From Blastocystis sp. Blastoise (taxonomy: Eukaryota > Protista > Bigyra: Opalinata): DNA of 64,000 nt. Location of the stretch: contig JBBPEB010000007.1 of assembly GCA_039096225.1 (NCBI GenBank), positions 620,001 through 684,000 of the forward strand, read 5' to 3'. Positions 1 to 15,115 of this stretch are shown here, piece after piece; positions within the stretch are counted from its first letter, which is position 1, and each line of letters opens with the position of its first letter. A program made the translations under genes and the position numbers. The notes under the pieces were generated by a model, which did no database searches, had not been told where the DNA came from, and was given only the letters and a program-made list of their open reading frames with translations.

Positions 1-472
1 TCTTATAGGTTGCTTATTTAGTTTATTATTTCTCAATTATAATTCCATTATAAAATATAATAAAACTATTTGCTCGATTCTTTTAAAATACTTACATCAT
101 TTTAACAAATCAATCCATTAACATAAACTGAAACTAAAATAGTTTAATATTTTATAAATTACAGTGTAGGTATTATCTGTCTTTTAAGACAGTTATCAGA
201 TTTCTTTATACTTAATTTTTTATTTCTATCTTAAAATAATATATATATATCTTTCTAGTTTTTCTTATTCATATTCCAAGATTTTACTAAAGCTGATGAC
301 TTTATTTCTTCATGAAATTTAGTTGTTACGATTTATAAAGGTTTAAAATAAAAGATAAAAGCTAAAAGAGAAATAAATCGAATAAAAACAACAAAAGAAA
401 CAAATCTTGTATTAATCAATCACAAAATGAATAAATACAAAAAATAAAGTATAATATATATATTTAATAATA

Positions 473-1733
473 CTACTCTATATAAGAAATAATATGAAAA
501 TTAAATTTTGAATCTTTAGCTCGTTTCTTTAAGACTTGACATGGTTGTAACATAAACAGTGATTCTGTAATTGATAGATATATAGAACATTAAAATAAAT
601 ATATACATACCAATTACATAAATAGCACACTCTTTTAAAGAAGGAAATTTCTTTTCTTTAAAGAGTTCTTCAATCTGTATCAAATTACTTTCTTCATAAA
701 CATCTAGAATAAATATATATGTATATATTGTTAATTTACAATGATAAGAAATACAATAAATTTTTATATTAACAATATACTTATATATAAGGATTCTAAT
801 AAATCTATATTTTGTAGTGTTAATAAATTATATATAGAATTCCAATATTTCTTATTAAATTCAACAAAATGATCAAAGCGTCTTGACATGTTTAATATTT
901 TTATTGGTTGTTGGTAATCTAGTTGTAGTGAAGGAAAATTTGATATAATAAATTGTAAGTAATTTACATAATCGATGTCTATATAAAACATATACAAAAA
1001 TAATTGAAATATTTTGTAAAAAGTAATGATCCATTTACTTAGGAATAAGAAATGAAGTATGACATTAATTATAATATATAAATATATATATACATTGTTT
1101 AAATGATTTTATCTCAACTGTTGTTATTGTATGAAAAGGAATATTTAGATCATTGAATAGTTGACGAATAAATAGTATGAAGTCAGACATAAAAGCATCA
1201 TCAACTAAAAGAAAAAAGGAAAATAATAACTAGTGTTATATAAAGGATTATTTACCATTTGAATTACTATTCACGATTATCTTTTTCAAATGGAACAGCT
1301 TGTTATTCAATAGATTATTCAATAAAAAGGGAAAAAAATATGTATTCAGTTTATCTTGTTCTATATATATATTATTATTATATATTACATATACGATCAT
1401 TACCTATTGAAAAAACAAAACATTCGATATTTTCCAATAAGGGTATATTGATTATTTCTCTCAGAACGGATGACATATCCATATAATCTGGCTTTACTAT
1501 TATTTATGAATGTATATTTATAATAATATAATAAATTATAATATAATAAATAGTAATATAATATATTATAATATACACAATAAATTCAATTCCTGAAGAT
1601 TATTAGAAAATAAGGATAGTAATAACGGCATATTCTTCGTATTTATTTGTTTTTCATTTTCTGAAATATTGGCAAAGGAACTATCATATTCTATATATAT
1701 AATTATTATCATAAATTATTTGCATAAAGTCTC

Positions 1734-1764
<31 letters not shown>

Positions 1765-4700
1765 CGAATAGAGAGTTTCTTCAAATTAGGATAATTAGCA
1801 TTTTTAAAGATAGATATTAAATCATTAACTGAGATAGATTTATATGGACTAACTATACAATAATGAATAAGAATAAAATAAAATCATAAAAATGAATAAA
1901 TTACATAAATAAAGATGAAAATAAAAAAATATTAATGATGAAAAATAAAAATTAAGATACAAAATAAAGTATAGATAATACATTGAATACATTTAAAATG
2001 AATCTCTTCAAGAGAATCCAATTTGAATGACCTCATTATAATATTCATATTATTTGGCACTTTATCCAATTTAAACATACCTGAATTGATTACTAAATAT
2101 ATTTTTATAAATATTAAAAATAAGATGAATAATAAAAACAAAAAAAAATACTGATTTCTAGTTTGTCATGTATGTTTCTGGAATTAAAAAGTTTCTTCAT
2201 ATATATATTTGAAGATGATTTATATTCTAAATTTATATTATCATCTATATATTTATATAAGAAGATATTATAGAGATAGAAATAAACGGAAATGTAACTG
2301 AAGATAACACATATAAAACATAATAGCAATTATAAATAATAAACCATCTATTCATTGATAGTATATATATTACTTATTATTAGTGATTATTTAAAAGAAT
2401 CATATACTTAATCTATTATCATATATGTATAGTGTTTTGAATACTTCTTCATTCATGAATTCAAGATCTTCGGAGTATATAGGTTTATCATAATTGTCAG
2501 CTACTATATATATAACATTTTAAATATGAATAATTCAAAATATATACAGTTAAAAATGATATTATTATAAAAATATTGTTTTTGAAATAATAATGTGGAT
2601 AATATATCATTCTTAAAGTAAATAAAATCTTCACCTATAAATTATTATTAATAGGAATATATATATATATACTAAACAATAAACACTCTTTTTTATTCTT
2701 ACAACACTTAATTTTGGGTAAAAGTTTATAGAAAAATGACTTCTTGTCAAAATGAACTAACACAGATTCTTGTAGAAATGATATATTTATATAAATAGTA
2801 TGTAGTTGTTTTATTAATGGGATTTGAAATAGAATATCTAGATTTGTAATTGGTTGAGTATGTGTAATAGAATAGTATTGAAGATCGTAAATATGTAATT
2901 GTGGAAATCGTTCAGTAGTAAATAAATAAAGAAATCGATTTAACATATTATCTCCAAATAAGCGATTTCCTTGGTCTACATATATAATAGATAATATAAT
3001 AAACTATATATATACTATTAATTCGAAGTGTCGTAACATTTGGAAATATATGTTTAGATAAATAATCTTCTACTAATTTCTTATAACGATCATCAGAAGT
3101 GTCACAAATAACTATATATATGATAGAATATTATATATATATATATACAATCAGTTATATTTAGAGTTGTATGAAGATCAAAGAGACCATTTTCTAATGC
3201 AATTAATAATGGAGGAGTTTCTTTTTGTAACTTCCAATAGATATTATCTATTATAGATCATATTCTTAGTAGATTTATTTAATAATAAATATAGTAATAT
3301 TCTTATTTATATTAATAATAATAAATATACTATCAGAAACATATATTTCTTTAAGAGATTCACATATTGGCATATTTAGTATATATGTAAAAATTGAGTC
3401 TGAAAGACTCACAGGAATTCTATAAAAAATATACATATGTAAATGTATTATATATAAATATACTCTAAAATTGGATTCTTATAGTTGATTACTATAGTAA
3501 TGGCTTATACAGAGAAACAATAAATTATATACATACCATCATGATCATCTATAAAATGGAAACAAAAGTTATAATGTCTGGATTTCGTTATAGGATCATT
3601 TTGACTCATATCATGAATTGATAAATCACTGTTTTTACTTTTTGATTTAAAAAATAGTTTTCGAAATAGTAAATGATTTGAAAAAGTTGTTTTTGGACTA
3701 GAATTAATTTGATTCTTTTTATCTTCATGAATAGAAGGAGAAGTAATTACAGAAGAAGAAGATGAAATAGAAGAAGAAAGAGAAGGAGAAATAGATGAAG
3801 AAAGAAATGAAGAAGAAAAATGATTATCTAAAGAATGTGATGATAAAGATGAATAACTCGAATGTAAATGTATATTTTCATCATTATATAGGTTTTTCTT
3901 ATTAATTTCATTGTTTGTTCTAGATGATTCTACAAGTTGTATATCTGATTGAAAAGCTTTTGTCACTTTGTTTTTATTATTTTGAATAGATTCATTAGAT
4001 TTATTCTGATTGATAGGATCATATTGATTTATAGGATGTGAACGAGTATCAAAAGTTGATTCATTGTCTACTCTCTCTAATTGGAACAAGCTATTAGATT
4101 TGAAATATTCACTACCTAGAGAATAATAATCATAGTTTTATTTATATTCTTATTATTATATTATTATTAAACTAAAATAATAGAACGTAAGAGACATAAA
4201 TAATATAAAATGAATAAGTTATGTATATATTAATTATAAAATGAATATACGTTCTATATCATATTTTAATATCTGTGGAAACAACTCATGTATATTTGGT
4301 GGATATATAGAATCATAAGATATTTCATTTGAATGGATATCTATACATAAATAAAAAAATAAACAAATATTTAAATAAATCAAAATATATAATTTGAATT
4401 ATTTAAAAATAATTGAAGAGAAATACATTTAAGTTGAACACAAGTAACATTAGTTACATCAAATATACAGGAATATTCTAGAAACTTTTTATTTCGTTCC
4501 TCTGAAATAATATCTATATATAAAGAATAATATAAAACACAAAGAATAAACAAATATATACCTTTAATAGTTAGTATATGCTCAGTAATATCAGATGATT
4601 GTGAATATTCAGAACTAATCAAAAGATTATAAATAATAATTATATACATATAAAAATATACATAGCACAATTATTCTCCTTCAAAAAATGAAGAAGAACC

Positions 4701-5020
4701 GCTTGTATAGCATTATATAACTCTGAACGAAATGGATATGCTTCATTATTAAAGAAAATATTAATTGCTTTATACATATTACAAAGTTCAAGAACAGGAA
4801 GAGAAGAATTTATAGACAGTTTTCCTTCGAAGAACAAAATCAATTTTTCAATGGAATACGATGGATAATCAATATAGCAAGCATGATCATTATTATCTAA
4901 AGAGTCTGGAGAATCATATGTTAAATTCAATATTGAATTTGGATATAATTGCAAGATTGAAATAGGAATTCCAACATGGATTTCATCCTGAAAGACAAAC
5001 TGAACAGTATCTATAGTCAT
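473..5020 (-). CDS. Multi-exon gene: N-terminal BTB/POZ-like domain plus degenerate LRR-like (FPxL) repeats; lineage-expanded family, copy 1
   Basis: ATG at 5020 (MTIDTVQFVFQDEIHVGIP...CYIDYPS) parallels 10172 (FTFQDETQLWI...YYIDMPS). Recurrent FPNV/FPQL/FPSL motifs. The last exons splice to DVYEESNLIQIEELFKEKKFPSLKECAIYVIESLF...FHIISYIE* (TAG 475-473), matching the paralog C-terminus. Many short GT-AG introns. Confidence 0.75.
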
Positions 5021-5649
5021 ATAAGTTATAAAAATAATGGTATATTACTTCTCGAATAAGATTCATTCAAGGTGACACACGATCGAGTAGCCATATTCAA
5101 GATATTCTATACTCTATGAATAACTAAATGCAAGTCATATACTTCTAATGTATAATTTGTAAATATAATATGTTTTTGGAATTATTTGAAAATAAAAACA
5201 AATGATTTTTCAAGTTTTTTAACAATAGAGTTTTTCTTGAGAACAAGAATATATAGTACAATTATATCTTGATGATCTGATATATATTTAATTTATAGTT
5301 TATTAAATGATACTATTTATCGGATAAAAGAGTAGATTGTGAGTTGGAATGAATACTTATTCATTTTTCGATGTTATTATTAATGATCTGTAGCAAAGAT
5401 ATTCTAAAATTTATTGTAAATAAGATTTAGATGATATTAGTTAACATATTACATTTTCATTTCCAAAAATATTTCACAATCATATATCTGTTGTTATCAT
5501 TGACACTATCAATATATAGAGAGACAAAAGCTATATATACATATTGTAAAAAATATGTATTCATGTAAAAAAATAAAAAAAAATGAGTTTAAAACTTGTT
5601 GAATGTGAAATAAATTTTATTCATTTTCATTTCGTTTATTATCTTGAGA

Positions 5650-7245
5650 ATGGTGAAAGAAAAGGTGCTATTTGATATTGATAAATTCAATAGATTGAAG
5701 GAGGATATCAATGTATATGAAGAATTGATGAAAGATGTCACGAGTGTTTTTGCATCTGTAATGAATCTTGGAATACATTCTGGAATATCGATTAATAGAC
5801 TTATAAAACATATTGGAGATGATTGTATTGAAAAGGAAGGCTGTAGTTGCTCATTTGAAAAGAAATCTGATTATGAAAGTAATAATAATGAGAAGATGAA
5901 TGTAGACTCTAGTGATAGCTATAATAATGATGATGATATAGACTGGATTCGATTTACTAATAATGGTCCTGCTTTTCAAATATCGAAATCTGTTTTAGAT
6001 TCTTTAAAAGGTTCTTATATCGATGATCAACGTGATGAAGAATATAGAACGAATGATGGAACCATATATCTTGGTTATGAAGGTAAAGATGTTTTTGTAT
6101 ATTATTTATTAGATTATTTGAATGGAAAGCAAGTAGATTTTTCTCAATTTTCTTATGAAGAACAGTTAGAAATATTGGATTTATTTGAGTTTTGTGGATT
6201 ATTGATTCCTTTAGAATTGATGGATTGTAGAATAAGAAGAGATCGAAAGATGAAGAAATATGAAGAAGAAGATGAGGTAGAATTGATTATAAATGGAAAT
6301 AAGAATGATATTATTAAAGATTATTTAGTACAGAATGGATTATGGAATGAATATGTTATGAATTATGATAATGGATTTATTAATTATAATCATATGAAAG
6401 ATAGTTTATATATGAATAAAACATTCAAATATATTGATTATATTACTCAATATGTAATGAATGGATATATAGATATAGAAGAAGATCAAATTATTGATAT
6501 TGATAAAGAATTATTTGAGAAAGAAATGGTTGAATTATTTGGTACTAAAGGAAGAGAAGAAGCAAGAGAAGCAATGATGGGAAGACCAACTGTATTTATT
6601 GATTCAAGTATAATTGAAAAGAAATGTTTTGAAACTCCCTTAGTAAATTGGTTAGGTAAAGAAAAGAATTGGAAATTATTATTTAGGTATATATAATTAA
6701 TGCTTTATTTATAACATATATATTTTATATAGAGCAAGTGAACATCATTATTCTTCCAAAGAATTCCATAAGTATTGCGATAATCAAGGAGAAACAGTAA
6801 CTATAATCAAACATATAGGCCATAATAATCATGTTGATATATTTGGAGGATATACAGATCAAGATTGGGATTGTTCAGGTAGTATGTATTTTATTATTCT
6901 ATATAAATGCTATTCACTATAATATATAAAGGTGATAAACCTTATTCAGAAGAATTCCTCTTTACATTAAGTAATGAACATGGTATTCCTCCTACTAAGT
7001 ATTATTATTCAAATAGTGATCGAGGTAAAGGTATATATTGTAGTGCTTCTAATGGTCCAGTATTTATGTATTGTGATATTTTTATATGTAATAATTCTCA
7101 TGATAATAATGATTCTTATTGTCAAGGAGTTTATTCTAGTGCGTGTAATACTCCTCAGAAATCATCATTATTTGTGAATACGAATAACTCTAATTCTAAC
7201 AACAATTTTATTGTAGAAGATTATGAAGTCTGGGGAAGAGCTTAA
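5650..7245 (+). CDS. Tandem BTB/POZ(KCTD-like) + C-terminal TLDc domain protein, copy 1
   Basis: Exons 5650-6686, 6733-~6880 and 6932-7245 splice in frame. TLDc motifs WKLLFRAS..FH.YCD..GET, IFGGYT..W, FLFTL, GP.F and EDYEVWG. BTB-like segment IRFTNNGPAFQISKSVL...YLLDYLNG...EFCGL. Confidence 0.9.
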
Positions 7246-7717
7246 ATAATTGTTTTTTTTTATATTATTTTAATCTATTATGTGTTTTTTTTTTTAAATT
7301 AATGTTTTTTTTTTATATTCTTTTTTGTTTTCATAATTTATTTATCTATATATTTTTATCCTTTTTATTAAATATATAAACTTATCTAGTAATTATTTTA
7401 TTTTTTTTATTATACAACAATTCAACATAGAAAAGTTCATTTATTTTTTTTTATGGAAAATAAAATATTGTAACTTATTAAACTATGTATTTTAGTTTGA
7501 AAATATATTTGTTTTTATTCTATTATAAGCCGTAAACAAATTAGAAATACATTACTTTTAGAAATAAACTAAATAATTATATTGAACACTAATTAATACT
7601 CGATAACAAGAATAAGAATCAACAAAAAAAATATAAAGAGAAAAGAATTTTGTAGGATATCTTTATCCTTCTTTGGGTTTCCATATATTCAAGGATTATA
7701 AGTGACTTTCTACATTT

Positions 7718-7856
7718 TTGTGACACTTACGGTGATTATCATAAGAGTCAAATTAAGTCTTATTTAATGTAATTAAATATAGTGATAAATATTTGATCAC
7801 TATAGCAAGTTAACAAAAGTGTCACAATTGTTTTTGATAATTTGGCGCCCCAAATA
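7718..7856. other. Multi-branch inverted-repeat structure (putative ncRNA or transposon remnant)
   Basis: Perfect 11-bp closing stem TTGTGACACTT (7718-7728)/AAGTGTCACAA (7817-7827). Internal hairpins TATTTAAT-GTA-ATTAAATA and TATAGTGAT/ATCACTATA. Followed by ATTTGG-CGCC-CCAAAT. Confidence 0.45.
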
Positions 7857-8673
7857 AAAAAGGAATTTTTAATAGCACTGATTAAAAAATTATATTTTAT
7901 ATATCAATCAATATTTGAGTTTTATATAAAAAAAAAACGTAAATACTAAAAAATATTGACAGTAATACTATTTTATAGAATATAATGTAAAAAATTTTTG
8001 TTTTTGAACTTAAAAATCTATATGATAAGCACATAATAGCTGTAATAAATATAAAGTATCCTAATCTTGTATTGAATTAAAATATAGAATAGTTGTAGAT
8101 GAAAAAGTGGATGAGTATAAAAAATGAATGAAGAGATAGAGAAAGTTGAATAAATCATTTAAGAAACTGTAAAAAATTTTAAAGATTCGATGAACTAATA
8201 AGGATTGACATATTAACGAGAATTGAAAATGTTATTAATGTAGAAAGGAAAATTTTGTAGGAAAAAGATAATGAGTATAGAATAACTTACAATTATGATA
8301 GTTTAAAAATGTATAAGAAATGATGAACAAAATAGGAGATTAATGGAATATGAGATTGCACGTAAATAAGAGAAATAAGAAATATAGAAAACAAAATCTA
8401 ATTGAAAGAGAATAAATACAATTAATTAATGTAGAATTTGAATATAAAAGATTTTTTTGTCAATAATTAATATAATAGAGACTGATTATACAAGAAAATG
8501 TAACACAAAATCACAATCATCTCCTATCTTAACTTATTTTAATGATATTTTTATAGATCATAATTCTAAAAAATAATTGAGTATAATAACTATTATTATA
8601 ATTGAAAATTGAATGAATAATAAAGAAATATAAAACAAAATAAATAATTTGTATTTATTTTGAAATTAAACTT

Positions 8674-9966
8674 AGAGATTTACAAAAAACCGTATATGAA
8701 AATATCACCGGTTTTTTTTTGAGAAAACCGTATATACGGTTTTTTATTGTACTTATATCTCTTTTAATGTTGATATTTTTTTGTTTATTAATTATGTATA
8801 TTCATAAGAATTATAGTTGTAATAGAAAGAAACTTAGAAAAAAAAGAAACAATTCCATTTGTTGACATTGTTCACAAAATATCTTCGAATTTATTGCTTA
8901 TTATATTATGATAATGTTAATTATGTTATGTATATATGTAAAAACTAATATTGTTGAAATATTCATGATATAAGTACTATTTTATAAGCAATTAAAAATT
9001 TAATTTGATATTTTTTATACTATAATATTTCTCCTTTACTATAAATGCTCTTTAGTACACAATAAACTAATATAATCAACATTTGATAAGCTTTAAAAAT
9101 CTACATATTCTGTGAAATGTTTTTAATATCTTTCAGGTTAATGTGCTCTATCATATCAACATCTTCATAAATAATTACACATCATAAAATATAACTGATA
9201 TTACATTTTCACTAATTGTACATTAATTCTATTTTTATTTGACTCATTTATAGTAGTAATGATTCATTTATACTTTATATCTCTCTATATAAATATTTCA
9301 TGCTTTTAATATAGCTATAACTAGTATTTAAGAGAATAAAAAACATCATTCATTTTATGATAGATAAATTTCAATGAAATTATCATATATTTAATAGAAC
9401 ACATTGATGAGTGATGATATATATCATATTATGTGATAATTTTTATAATATAGAGTCAAATATAGCCGATAATGTAAAAAAATGTTATAGTTACGGATTC
9501 ATGGTATTTCCAAAAGAAGTTACTTCATTTTATATTGATAAACGCAGATTAGAGTATTGAATAAGAACAATTAACTGATTCAATCAAAATTGACAAAATT
9601 TGATTACTATCAATAGAGTTTAATCTACCAATAACTTGCTTGAGATTATCAGAAACAGTTATTATATGTTTGTAATATGACTAGATTAAGGTCATATCTC
9701 TTTATTGTCTATATAATCTAATTAATAAAAAAATATTTCTAAAAACATACCAAAAAATAATTTAAATATATGAATAAGCCTGATATAAAACTTATAAAAC
9801 AAAAAACAACTTTAAAAAATTAATATTTGACTTTGTATAAGTAAAATAAAATCCATATACGGTTTTAAAACCAAATATGGAATTTTGACTGAGAAATGAA
9901 AAAACCGTATATACGGTTTTCTCAAAAAAAAAGCGGTGATTCATATACGGTTTTTTGTAAATCTTT
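8674..9966. mobile_element. Non-autonomous TIR DNA transposon (Mutator/MULE-like MITE), ~1.29 kb
   Basis: ~70-bp terminal inverted repeats (8674-8745 vs 9899-9966), each containing the palindrome AAAACCGTATATACGGTTTT. The flanks ATTAAACTT (8665-8673) and AATAAACTT (9967-9975) form a 9-bp TSD with 1 mismatch. No ORF inside. Confidence 0.8.
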
Positions 9967-10171
9967 AATAAACTTCGTCATTTTTTAATTATTTTCATGA
10001 AAGATTTTGTTAATTGTTTTATGTATTTTTTTTTTGAGTTTTTTTTTAAAATTGGTTTAGATTATTGTATATAGTTTTTAAATTATTATAAATTATTTTG
10101 TATTTATATAAATATTTGTTTTTTAGGAAATATTATTGCTATTATTATTTCAATCTAGTTGAAATTAGAGA

Positions 10172-13100
10172 ATGTCAGCTAACGAACTTTGTTGCATTGA
10201 TGATAAATGTATTTGAATAGCAAAATAACATACTTTATTAGTTATTAGATTTGTTTACATTCCAGGATGAGACCCAATTATGGATTTCAAAAGATTTTAT
10301 TGAGAAATATCAACAATTTCCCTTTCATGATATTATAAAACATACTGATAAATATGATGATGGCAGTTATTATATAGATATGCCTTCTTCTCCTATAAAT
10401 AAAGTGTTTTCTTTTTTAATGAAAGATAATATGGATATTTCTTCTTTAAATCTACGAGATAGTTACGATATTTATAAAACACTTATTGAATACTCAGTTG
10501 TACTTGATAAAGAAATTCAAAGTGATTTACTATTACATATTAAAGAACTATTTTATAAATATTTGAAAGACAATAATTATTATATGTTTTTTTTTGATAC
10601 CGTAGAATCGTGTATGCCTATGGAATTATTCAATTTAGACGGGAAAAAAATACGTTCTAATGGATTATTTACATCAAAAAGAAAAGATGAATTATTATAT
10701 TATTCTCTTCTTATTAAAATGATGAATATTAATACAGTTGAAATTAGATATGACTATGCTTCGAATATTCCATTAGAATATATATGTCCGTCGTGTATTC
10801 AAGATATATTTCCTTCATTAAAGAACGTTAAGATAACTGGTATATACATATATTTCATTATATATATATAGTAACAACGCATTATAAACATACTGAACTA
10901 TTATTAAATCCAAATAGTGATGAATATATAATGGAATATATTCGCTTATTTAGTGAATTAGATTATGAAATAGAGAATCCTGAAGAATATGAATATTACA
11001 CTGAATCAGAAATGAATGAATATAATAAGATTTCTTCTTTAGATCTGAATAAATATTTTTATTCTCATAAATTGATTAATTCCTATAATGGAAAGAGAGA
11101 AAAGAATGAATTACCTAAATTATATAGATATGTTGTTAATGAAGCTATATATACAAATGATTATTCAAAAGTAGAAACTAATAAAACAGAAGATGAATAT
11201 ATATCAAAAGATATTGTCAAAATTGAATATGATGGTATATATATATATAAAATCATATATTTGATTATTATTATTATATAGATAAAACAAATGATAAAAC
11301 ATTCTCGTAAATAATTATATTTTTTTTATTATACATTTTATTCAAATATATATTAAATAGTATTGATAAAGTATCTTCAGAATATGGTATATCTCAATTG
11401 TTACTTCTTCCTTCCTATATGTGTATTTCAAAAATTATTTTTGACAAATGTAAATAAATATGTGTAATAAATATATTAATTCATTTTAGATTGGGATTTT
11501 CACTGTAACGTTATGTTTTTTATGAAATTATTTGAAGAAGGTGTTTTTGATTCTTTAACTACATTAAGTCTTAATTGGATTAAGGAATTAACAAATACAA
11601 TTGATAAGAATTTATTTAACAAAATAATGACAACTCACTTATTTCCAAATGTTACTGAATTTATATATGATGATGAATCTTTCCAATTATCTTTAATAAA
11701 GAAAAAATACTTTCCCAAACTACATATTATCAATTACGACAATATAATAACTACTGACAATTTTGATTCTCTATTTCCTGCTAGTTTAATATCTATGATT
11801 GATACTATTCGTATTAATAATATTGATAATGATAAAGAAGAAGAAATAGCTCTTCGTTTAGATGAAATAGTTTATACTCATTCAATTCATATTGATAAAG
11901 ATGGTATAATTATGTGTATTATATATATTTTATATTAAAGAATATAATACTATATATATAATTTTTTATATTTGTTTTTTTTATAATATAGTTGATTTTA
12001 TTTGTTATCTGCCACGTCTAAATGAATTATTAGCTAAAAATCTGATTTCAATTGATTATCTTTCAAGTATGAAATATTCTTTATTTTTTATTTTATATTT
12101 TTTATATATTTTATATATTATTCTATAAAGTTTATTCTTCTCGTTCTGAAAATATTAATGTGTTTGAGTATATTGAAAATAATAATTTAAATATTGATAG
12201 TTTAGATATAGCGTTTAATGGTATGTATAAAGCATATTAATAAATATACTGTTGATATATAATAATAATACTAATATTTATTCATGTATAGATGATGATC
12301 AACATAAAATTGATGTCAGAAATTCATTAGAAAGATTCTTAAATAGTGATATATTAAAACATTTGAATAATTTATATGTTTCATGTATATTTCTTATTGT
12401 TATATATATTATTATTCTATATATTAATATCTATAGTTAATTATGGTTTAAGTATTGAATATTTAACATGGATATCAACTCTATTTAATGACAATAAATT
12501 TAATAATATTCTTAAATTAGAAGTTGATTGTATGTTATATTATAAAACATATGAATATATATATAGTACATATTAAAGAAGACTCATCATCTGAATATTT
12601 AATTGCTTATGAAAATATATTAGAGAAATTATTTTCTAAGGCTTCTATTGTTACAATAAAAGGTAATTATTTATATAATTATTCTTTGTAAAGATAGTTT
12701 ATTCAATTAATTTTTAACTATTATTATTAGATTGGGCTCTGTCTTTTATAAATCGATTAATTCCTAAAGGTTGTTTTCATAATACAACTCAATTAAATCT
12801 AGGTATATATATTCAATATATAAATCATTCTATTCTTTATATATTCTATATTTCATCCTAATTTTTATGAATATTAATTTAGATATTGATGATATGCCAG
12901 ATTATGATTTTTGTGAACTATATACTACAAATAATTTCCCTCAATTAAAATCTATCAAGATTTGTATATATTTTAATAATAATGTTTTTTCTTTATTATG
13001 AATCATGTATATTTATGTACACGTATTTCTTTATATAATAATTATTTTTATTAAATAATACATATATATATATATAGATAACTATTACGATAGAGAATGG

Positions 13101-13568
13101 CGGAGTTCTTTTATTAAAACATTTTGCAACTATATTAATAATAATAACTTTCCATCTTCAACTATTGTCCGATTAGGTAAATCGAAATATGATTATGCTT
13201 ATTATATTTATGACCCAAATGCTTCTATCTTTCGATGTCAACATGATAATAATTCATTTATGAATACAATTATTGGTAATAAAGATGAAATGATGAGTAA
13301 ATTTGAGATAGAAACGTTACTTGATTATATAAATGAAAATAAAACTCAAAATTTAAGATTTTTAAGAATATATATTTATGATGATGAACAATTATCAAAA
13401 CTTACTAAATGTATTACTACGGGAAAATTTCCAAAATTGAAAGAGTTCTTGTTTGTTATGTATTATGATATTTCAGATAAAACAATTAATATATATAAAC
13501 AACAATTGAAGGATTCCACATTTATTCAGGAAAATCATGTGGATTATAAATTTGACACATTTTATTAA
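10172..13568 (+). CDS. Multi-exon BTB/POZ-like + LRR-like (FPxL) protein, copy 2
   Basis: ATG at 10172; intron 10209-10248 joins MSANELCCIDDKY to LFTFQDETQLW. ORF-track pieces 10251-13568 link through GT-AG introns, including a 25-nt micro-exon at 11282-11306. FPSLK/FPNV/FPKL/FPQL repeats. Stop at 13568. Confidence 0.85.
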
Positions 13569-15115
13569 TTCTCTTATATATATTTATAGTTTATATTATT
13601 ATATATTTTTATCAATTTCTTGTTATTATCATTTTTTTATTTAGTAACGTTTCTATAATGTATTTATATAATTTTATAAATACTCTTTCTTGTCTGTTTT
13701 ATTAAAAGCTACAAGTGATTAAATAAATTATAAATTTTTATAATATCTATAAATACTATATATATTATAGAATACAATTTAATGTTTATTATGAATTTAA
13801 CTTAAACTTTATAAATATATCTACAGAATTATAAGTATTTGAATAATATCTTCATATGTTGTTAAAACTGTTTTTAACATTTTTTAAATATAATATATAC
13901 AAGTGAATGACTTCTTGATAAACATTTTTTTAGTATAATAAGAAAATAAATGAGATTTAAAAATCTTTTTTATTTTATTTACTATTATATATAATATTTT
14001 AGTGTTTATAAAAAGAGTCACTAAAAAGTGTTATAAAGCAATTAAAATGTATGATTTACTGAAATATATTTTTCATTTTCAATAAAGAATAGTTTATATG
14101 AAGTATTAGTTATATAATTAAAGAGAAATACGATGAATCTAATCATAATTACCTTATTATATATATCGTCAAGAATATATTTTTATCAAAATACATTGAG
14201 AGTAATAAATTATTTTATGATTTAATTCTTATTAGATTATAATATTAAAAAAGTTTAAACATAGAATATTATATTAGAATATGGACTAATTATAGGTAAA
14301 ATATAATTATATTTAATTATTCATATATGAATCTATTAATCTATAAACGACACACATAAACAATATACACTTATATTACCAATAATATCTTATTTAATAA
14401 AATATCAAAGATAGTTGTTAATCATCATAAATATAGATAATATATAATCTATAATATAAAGGATTATGATTTTGAGATGTTAATCAATTATTTTATAAAA
14501 TATTTGAGAATAAAATAATATAAAATAGAAATGGAAGAATGAGAAGAAGGAGATAGAAAGAACAGGAGAGCTTTTTTTGTATCAATAGGTTCTAAAATAG
14601 ATTCTATTTGAGTAATAGATGCACATTTCATAGATATGATATAAAAATAAACAATTATGTATTAAATTCAGTTAGAAATCGGGAAAGATTAACAAAAGAA
14701 TAGAGTTATTCATTCCTAGATAAGTAATAATTATCAGATATAAATGTATGAATATATTATAAATAAAAATAGAAACGTATTTATTAAAAATAAGTTACTT
14801 ATTAATCAAAATGTAAATTATGCAAGAAATATAAATTGATTAGACATACAATTCTGTTTGTAGTATCTTCTATATTTTTAATTAGTATTCAATTCGTTAT
14901 TTTAAGTAAAAAATGAAACGAAGATCCACAATGAGTTACCTATTTTTGGAAATTATTGAGATATTGTTATATATCATAATAATTATTAATCATTTAAAAT
15001 AATAGTTTTCATTTTAAGTGAATAATAAACAAATAAAAAGGAAATAGAAAAATATTGAAAAAACAAAATAAACAAGGGAAAGAAATTCATTTATTGAATT
15101 AGCATTATTTCATTA

